Source of the DNA: Firmicutes bacterium UBA1393
GTDB lineage: Bacteria; Bacillota; DTU025
Direction of reading: 5' to 3'
DNA: 32,000 nt
Assembly: GCA_002305255.1 (NCBI GenBank)
Contig: DBQN01000065.1
Span: 2,529-34,528, forward strand
Positions 27,338-32,000 of this stretch are shown here, in pieces (within the stretch, counting starts at the first letter, position 1; every line of letters starts with the position of its first letter). Below the pieces are notes generated by a model. It made no database searches and was not told the origin of the DNA. It saw nothing but the letters and a program-made list of their open reading frames with translations. The position numbers and the translations under genes are program-made.

Positions 27338-29182
27338 TCAGTCGGTAGCGCTGATCTCCATATCGACCCATGTCGTACCCTCGATGAACCACTCCGTGAG
27401 CAACCTGGCGCTCGGCAGCTCTGTGCCATGTAAGCCGTGGTCGGCGTCACCGTCCTCTTCGGAATCGCCCGCCTTGTCCCTGGCATCGGGGTTACTCTGC
27501 GACGTGCTCACCGCCACTCCACTCAGGAGGTCGGTATGCGGATAGTCCTCGCCATCCAGATAGGGCTCATCATAGTCATAGAAGTAGTCTTCCATCTGCA
27601 CCACTATCTCGTCGCCCCTTGGAGCACGTCCCAGTTCTGCCAGCAGCTCGTCGAGGTCCATGTAAGCGAGGGCGTCCTCGTCTGGTTCATATGACTCGCC
27701 CTCATCGTCGTCTCCCACACCTCCGCCTGTCACCATGAAGGCGACCGGGCCTTCGGGCGTATCGTCGGGGATCTCCACCTCCACGATGCGCGTGGTGAGT
27801 GGGCCGCGGAATGGCCTGAGGGTTACCTCGATTCTGGCGACGCCTCCGGGTGCCACGACTGGCTCAAGGGGTATCGCACTGAGTATCCTTGCGGTTCGCC
27901 TGCCAGCGCTCACGGTGACGTTCATACTCAGCGACTTCACCACAGCCTGCTCCACGGCATTGCCCACAACCAGCTCGAGCGCTCTGCGCGGAACCTCGGC
28001 GACAGCGTATGAAATGTCGGAAGCGCTCCACACCGTGTCGGACCTGCGCAGAGGTTCATGCCCTTCGAGCTCGATCACATAGTCGATGCTGGCGGTTCCT
28101 TGTCCGAGCCTATCAATGGCTTGGTCCGCTCCGCCCAGGGCGACTGTGAAGAACAAGTCTGCCACCAGCAGTTCAGAGCCGGATACGGCCGATTGCACAC
28201 GCACGGGCTTTCCGCCCGCATCATGTACGGCCTCGACAATCACTGGAATCATGTGTGCGCGGGCCCCAGCCTTACCCGCGGAACCGTACAGTCTATCTTG
28301 AGTGAACGCACCGATGTTCTCAAGGGATGATGCCACTTTGAAGGGTACGCTGTCACTTCTGACCACTGTGTGAACAGTGGCGCCGGCGGCCTGCAGGTCT
28401 ACGGCACCGAGAGAAAGGACCGGGTGACCGAAGGCAAGAAATCTGCCTTCGTCGACATGTGTCACAGACCCGTACACTGACACCTCGATGTCGCCCTCTG
28501 CCAACTGCATTGCCACCATGGCCCCGGGCACCAGTCGGTAATCTGAAGCCACCGCGTCACGGGCAGCGGTTCCCAGCGATGCCGACGCAGGAAGCACCCT
28601 TATTCCCCTGAACGATACTGCCTCTGACAGCCTCTCAATGGCCCTCTGTGACGCGCCTGACACATACATCGTCGCGCCTGCGGCGAGAGGCGGCGCGCCG
28701 GCTGCCCGCGTGCTCGCGACAGAGTCAGTGCCGATGTCATCGTAGTCGAGCATTCTGAGCATGTCGGCGATGGGCGTCACTCCTGCGATGAAGTGGTCGC
28801 TTCCTGGGAATACGTATGCAATCGCGCCGATGAGCTTCCCATCGATGTACACAGGGCTTCCGCTCATGCCTTCTGCCACTCCGCCCGCGGCCTCAATGTT
28901 CTTGCCTGACGCGCGCACGAGAATCATGCTTCCCGGACTATCGCCCCGAGGCGATACCGCAAGGATCTCGACATCGAACGGCTCCGGTTTCACGCCTTTG
29001 AACACTGTCAGCCCGTACCCCTTCATGCCGGTCGATAGATCAGTCGTAGCTATGGTGGCGGTGTACGCAGCTGCTGCCGGCCAGTGGCCGGCGGCGCCGA
29101 CGAACGCTATGATGGCAAGGATCACCAGGGTGATACGAAGTGTGCTGTTGCGCACGGCGGAAACGCCCCTTCCCTGACGCAT
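27338..29182 (-). CDS. SpoIVB peptidase S55 domain-containing protein
   Basis: TDLSTGMKGYGLTVFKGVKPEPFDVEILAV and GGVAEGMSGSPVYIDGKLIGAIAYVF, an S55 domain with catalytic Ser motif GMSGSPV, preceded by an N-terminal signal/TM. Confidence 0.88.
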   Translation of the reverse strand: MRQGRGVSAVRNSTLRITLVILAIIAFVGAAGHWPAAAAYTATIATTDLSTGMKGYGLTVFKGVKPEPFDVEILAVSPRGDSPGSMILVRASGKNIEAAGGVAEGMSGSPVYIDGKLIGAIAYVFPGSDHFIAGVTPIADMLRMLDYDDIGTDSVASTRAAGAPPLAAGATMYVSGASQRAIERLSEAVSFRGIRVLPASASLGTAARDAVASDYRLVPGAMVAMQLAEGDIEVSVYGSVTHVDEGRFLAFGHPVLSLGAVDLQAAGATVHTVVRSDSVPFKVASSLENIGAFTQDRLYGSAGKAGARAHMIPVIVEAVHDAGGKPVRVQSAVSGSELLVADLFFTVALGGADQAIDRLGQGTASIDYVIELEGHEPLRRSDTVWSASDISYAVAEVPRRALELVVGNAVEQAVVKSLSMNVTVSAGRRTARILSAIPLEPVVAPGGVARIEVTLRPFRGPLTTRIVEVEIPDDTPEGPVAFMVTGGGVGDDDEGESYEPDEDALAYMDLDELLAELGRAPRGDEIVVQMEDYFYDYDEPYLDGEDYPHTDLLSGVAVSTSQSNPDARDKAGDSEEDGDADHGLHGTELPSARLLTEWFIEGTTWVDMEISATD

Positions 29183-29195
29183 GGCGTCTCTTTAA

Positions 29196-30167
29196 TCATA
29201 CACCTGCAGCGACATTTGTCACTTGCGGAATGTCGCACTCGGCCATGTACAGGAGTCCCCTGGCCGCCGCAAGTTGCGGATCATCTGCCAATCGGCACCC
29301 CACCCCGGCATGCTCTGCCACATGCGCCGCGAACATGTGCTGCAGCGCTCCCCCGCCCGCCAGAATCACCTCGTCGCATCCCCACCTTGACCGTGCAGCA
29401 CCGAGCGAATGCCCCACTGACCTGGCGAGGCTTTCCACTGCGGCATCGATGAGCACATCCGGTACCTCGGCGTCGGTTGGAAAACACGTGCCCACATGGC
29501 AGCCGCGCACACGAATGCCTCGCTCGCCCGGGCGTAGATCGTTTCTGGCTTCCCTTGCCCTCCTCGCCTCCGAGAAACCGACCCTGATCCCCAGCTCCTC
29601 CCTAATCCTTCGCTGCACGTCTCGGTCGACACTGCTCATCCCTGACCGCTCGCGCCCACTCCACACCACCGCTCCCATCTGAATCGTGGCGATGTGCACG
29701 CGCTCGGCGCCTACATCGGTGACGATGGTGTCACGGTCGATGGCACCGGCACCCATACACACCGCCAACGGCGACTGCACGATGGCGACGGGCTTCAGCC
29801 CGGCGTCTGACGCAAGCTGGAACATGGTTCGTATGTCGAGCACCGTAGGAGCCGCAGGTGCGAGGAGCACCGCCCTGGGCACCGCAAGCCTCTTTCTGCC
29901 GCACAGCTCCCGTGCTACGGCACTGAGTACATAGAGAGCCAACGGGCGCCGGAGTGAGTCGCCCCACGCGCCAGTGGCCGCCAGATGGTAACGAGCCGGG
30001 TCGCGCAAGAGCATCGCCATGGCGCCCGTGCCCCATCCCGCTGCGTAGCCCGTGCTCCTCTCCACCGCCACCACGGAAGGTGCAGAAATGACGACTCCGC
30101 GTCCGGGAGCAACTGCAACCACGTTCGCGGAGCCCAGATCAATGCCTATGTCAAATCGCCGCCGCAT
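29196..30167 (-). CDS. Divergent MreB/Mbl-family actin-like protein
   Basis: DIGIDLGSANVVAVAPGRGVVISAPSVVAVER (MreB phosphate-1-like), TDVGAERVHIATIQMGAVVWSG, EVILAGGGALQHM. RBS GGAGGG before ATG at 30167. Follows spoIIID as mbl does in Bacillus subtilis. Confidence 0.78.
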   Translation of the reverse strand: MRRRFDIGIDLGSANVVAVAPGRGVVISAPSVVAVERSTGYAAGWGTGAMAMLLRDPARYHLAATGAWGDSLRRPLALYVLSAVARELCGRKRLAVPRAVLLAPAAPTVLDIRTMFQLASDAGLKPVAIVQSPLAVCMGAGAIDRDTIVTDVGAERVHIATIQMGAVVWSGRERSGMSSVDRDVQRRIREELGIRVGFSEARRAREARNDLRPGERGIRVRGCHVGTCFPTDAEVPDVLIDAAVESLARSVGHSLGAARSRWGCDEVILAGGGALQHMFAAHVAEHAGVGCRLADDPQLAAARGLLYMAECDIPQVTNVAAGV

Positions 30168-30186
30168 CGAGTTCCCTCCGCCGCGC

Positions 30187-30444
30187 TTACGGTATCCTCC
30201 GAGTCCGGTACTTGCGGCGAGTGGCCTCACCGCCCCTTATGTGCCGCTCGGCCTTGTTCTGGTCGAGGATCACTTTGACCTCCATCGCAAGCTGTTTGCT
30301 TATTGATGGCAATCTCTCGGTCACGTCCTTGTGGACGGTGCTCTTGCTGACATTGAACAGGCGGGCCGTCTGCCTGACCGTCGCCTTTGTCTGAATCATG
30401 TGATCGGTTATCTCCAGAACTCGCCGGCGAATGTGATCCCTCAT
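30187..30444 (-). CDS. spoIIID: Sporulation transcriptional regulator SpoIIID
   Basis: RDHIRRRVLEITDHMIQTKATVRQTARLFNVSKSTVHKDVTERLP closely matches the SpoIIID helix-turn-helix; correct size (85 aa) and context. Confidence 0.95.
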   Translation of the reverse strand: MRDHIRRRVLEITDHMIQTKATVRQTARLFNVSKSTVHKDVTERLPSISKQLAMEVKVILDQNKAERHIRGGEATRRKYRTRRIP

Positions 30445-30478
30445 GCAGCGCCCGGCCTCCCCCCTGCCGTTTGCTAGA

Positions 30479-30506
30479 TATGTATTCCAGCAGGGGAGGA
30501 TTATTC
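30479..30506 (-). promoter_or_regulatory. Candidate sigma-E-type promoter for spoIIID (GAATAAT-N13-AATACATA)
   Basis: Minus strand: -35-like GAATAAT (30500-30506), 13-nt spacer, -10-like AATACATA (30479-30486), resembling the Bacillus sigma-E consensus. Confidence 0.45.
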
Positions 30507-30521
30507 GCGCTACAGTCGGGT

Positions 30522-31118
30522 TCAGATTCGGGTGCTGGGGTCCTGCGGCTCGCCTCTCAACATCAGTTTGAAGTCGATCACCGACTTCGCGGAGCCCCCC
30601 GGTGCCATGCCGATGCAGTCGCCTGCCAGCACCTGCTGCCCCTGTGCCACCGATACGGTGTCGAGCGAGGCATAGTATGTTTCGAACTCGTACGAGTGTT
30701 TGATACGCACACCATAGCCCTGCTCAAGGGCAGTCACCTCGCTTACCTCGCCGTCAGCCGCAGCGCTGATTGCGCTCTCGGCCGGCACCTCTAGCGCGAT
30801 ACCGTCTCTATAGCGCCATTCACGTCGGAGCGGGTCACGGTACCATCCGAAGGAACCGACGACTGTTCCGTCTGCAGGCCAGGAGAACACCGGGGGTGGT
30901 TCCTGCTCACTGGCATCGCTCTCTGCCGGCGGTTCCTCGATCACGGCCGTCACCGGCTGCGCCCCCGGGTCGGGGACACTCAACGTTACTCTGGGCCAAT
31001 ATGCTTCGTAGGCCAGCCTCAGGACGATCCCGATACCGATGCACGCCAGGGCAGCCAGGGCCAGGCCCAGCCACTTTCTGCCCAGCTTCCATCCTCTCCA
31101 ACTTCTGAGCTTCACCAT
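30522..31118 (-). CDS. spoIIQ: SpoIIQ-like stage II sporulation protein with degenerate M23/LytM domain
   Basis: N-terminal TM, FSWPADGTVVGSFGWYRDPLRREWRYRDGIALEVP...ADGEVSEVTALEQGYGVRIKHSYEFETYYASLDTVSVAQGQQVLAGDCIG. Lies between spoIID and spoIIID. Confidence 0.85.
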   Translation of the reverse strand: MVKLRSWRGWKLGRKWLGLALAALACIGIGIVLRLAYEAYWPRVTLSVPDPGAQPVTAVIEEPPAESDASEQEPPPVFSWPADGTVVGSFGWYRDPLRREWRYRDGIALEVPAESAISAAADGEVSEVTALEQGYGVRIKHSYEFETYYASLDTVSVAQGQQVLAGDCIGMAPGGSAKSVIDFKLMLRGEPQDPSTRI

Positions 31119-31137
31119 GCTCGATCACCTCAGGTGG

Positions 31138-31166
31138 TATTATTACCCGCCTTGAGATGATGATAC
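31138..31166 (-). promoter_or_regulatory. Candidate sigma-F-type promoter for spoIIQ (GTATC-N14-GGTAATAATA)
   Basis: Minus strand -35-like GTATC (31162-31166) and -10-like GGTAATAATA (31138-31147) matching GGnrAnAnTw; overlaps the end of spoIID. Confidence 0.35.
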
Positions 31167-32000
31167 GCGCACCAGCGCCACGCCCCGGTAGTAATGGGTG
31201 AGGATTTGATGGAAGGACCAGCCCCTGATGGCATACGCGCGGGCGCCCCACTGGCACATGCCCACGCCATGACCGTACCCGATGGTAGAGAAGTTGACTA
31301 GGTCGCCTCCGCTTGACACTGACATAGCAGTCGACCTGAGGGAGAGAGCCTTCCTGATATCCGTGGCGTTGACGTTTGTTCCGAACACCGACAGAGTCTT
31401 GGCCCTGTTTGTTGTGGTTGTCGAAGACACACGCACACCCTGCGCCAGTGCCGGTACAGCACCGCCGCTCCAGTAGGAACTGAGGGCGGCGATGAGATCA
31501 GACTGACGCACGGAGCGCTGCTCAACCTGAGCATAACCATGCTCAGCACAGACGCAGGCAGTCGGAACAAGGTATGGCACGCTTCGGCCCCATACCGCCG
31601 CCGCGTCTTCAGTGGCCCCACCGCAGCACGCGTGATATACCGCATCAATGAGCTTGCCTCCGTAATGGAGCACCATTCCGTGGGTCGCCGCTACCGCCTG
31701 TACGACTCTGACGATGTTTCGCACGTAGTCTGTGCTGCCCCATTTGCGCACCAGGTCATCGCGGGAACTCCATGCCTGGCAGCAGCCTGGATCAGAGCAC
31801 ATCAGCGCACCCATGTGGCCTGGCTTCGCCGGAGCCCCCGGGGTCTTCTGATCTTCCTCCAGCTTGCGCATGGTGTATGTGCGAGCCGCCACTGCCTGTG
31901 CTTTCAGTGCCTCCGGTTCGAAGGACGCCGGCATCTCTGACGCAACTACTCCGACAAGGTAATCCTCAAGAGCCATGGTCAGCACCCGGCCCGTGGTCTT
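31143..32000 (-). CDS. spoIID: Stage II sporulation protein D (5' end beyond window)
   Basis: ALEDYLVGVVASEMPASFEPEALKAQAVAARTY, AVYHACCGGATEDAAAVWG, GYGHGVGMCQWGARAYA; the frame stays open to the window edge (KTTGRVLT before the first M). Confidence 0.96.
   Translation of the reverse strand, partial: KTTGRVLTMALEDYLVGVVASEMPASFEPEALKAQAVAARTYTMRKLEEDQKTPGAPAKPGHMGALMCSDPGCCQAWSSRDDLVRKWGSTDYVRNIVRVVQAVAATHGMVLHYGGKLIDAVYHACCGGATEDAAAVWGRSVPYLVPTACVCAEHGYAQVEQRSVRQSDLIAALSSYWSGGAVPALAQGVRVSSTTTTNRAKTLSVFGTNVNATDIRKALSLRSTAMSVSSGGDLVNFSTIGYGHGVGMCQWGARAYAIRGWSFHQILTHYYRGVALVRVSSSQGG

Noticed and set aside
1-32000. Search for CRISPR arrays, tRNA/rRNA, transposases, integrases and phage genes
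   Set aside because: No regularly spaced palindromic repeats, tRNA-like cloverleafs, rRNA segments or mobile-element protein motifs were recognised; the window looks like core chromosomal DNA.

Overview
All confident genes in this 32-kb, high-GC window lie on the minus strand. In transcription order (right to left) they are: spoIID (partial), spoIIQ-like, spoIIID, a divergent MreB-like gene, an S55/SpoIVB-type peptidase gene, a short TamB-like gene, bamA, skp/ompH, an in-frame LptF/G::LptD fusion, lptC, lptA, an unusual permease-like gene with a very large extracytoplasmic insert, an ABC ATPase, an LpxB-related gene, lptB, a DUF3084 gene, a 1311-aa SLH/coiled-coil/beta-barrel tether protein, a YqgF/RuvX-like gene, a second outer-membrane barrel-like protein, an exported protein, metK, recD2 and an edge ORF. 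The content fits a spore-forming diderm (LPS-outer-membrane) member of the Firmicutes. The strongest observation is the single ORF at 19522..22827. It joins an inner-membrane LPS permease to an LptD-like outer-membrane barrel through an Arg/Pro-rich linker and an apparent internal signal peptide. The second is the permease-like ORF at 15680..17995 inside the same cluster. No CRISPR, tRNA, rRNA or transposon was recognised. No database searches were run; family names rest on recognised sequence motifs.
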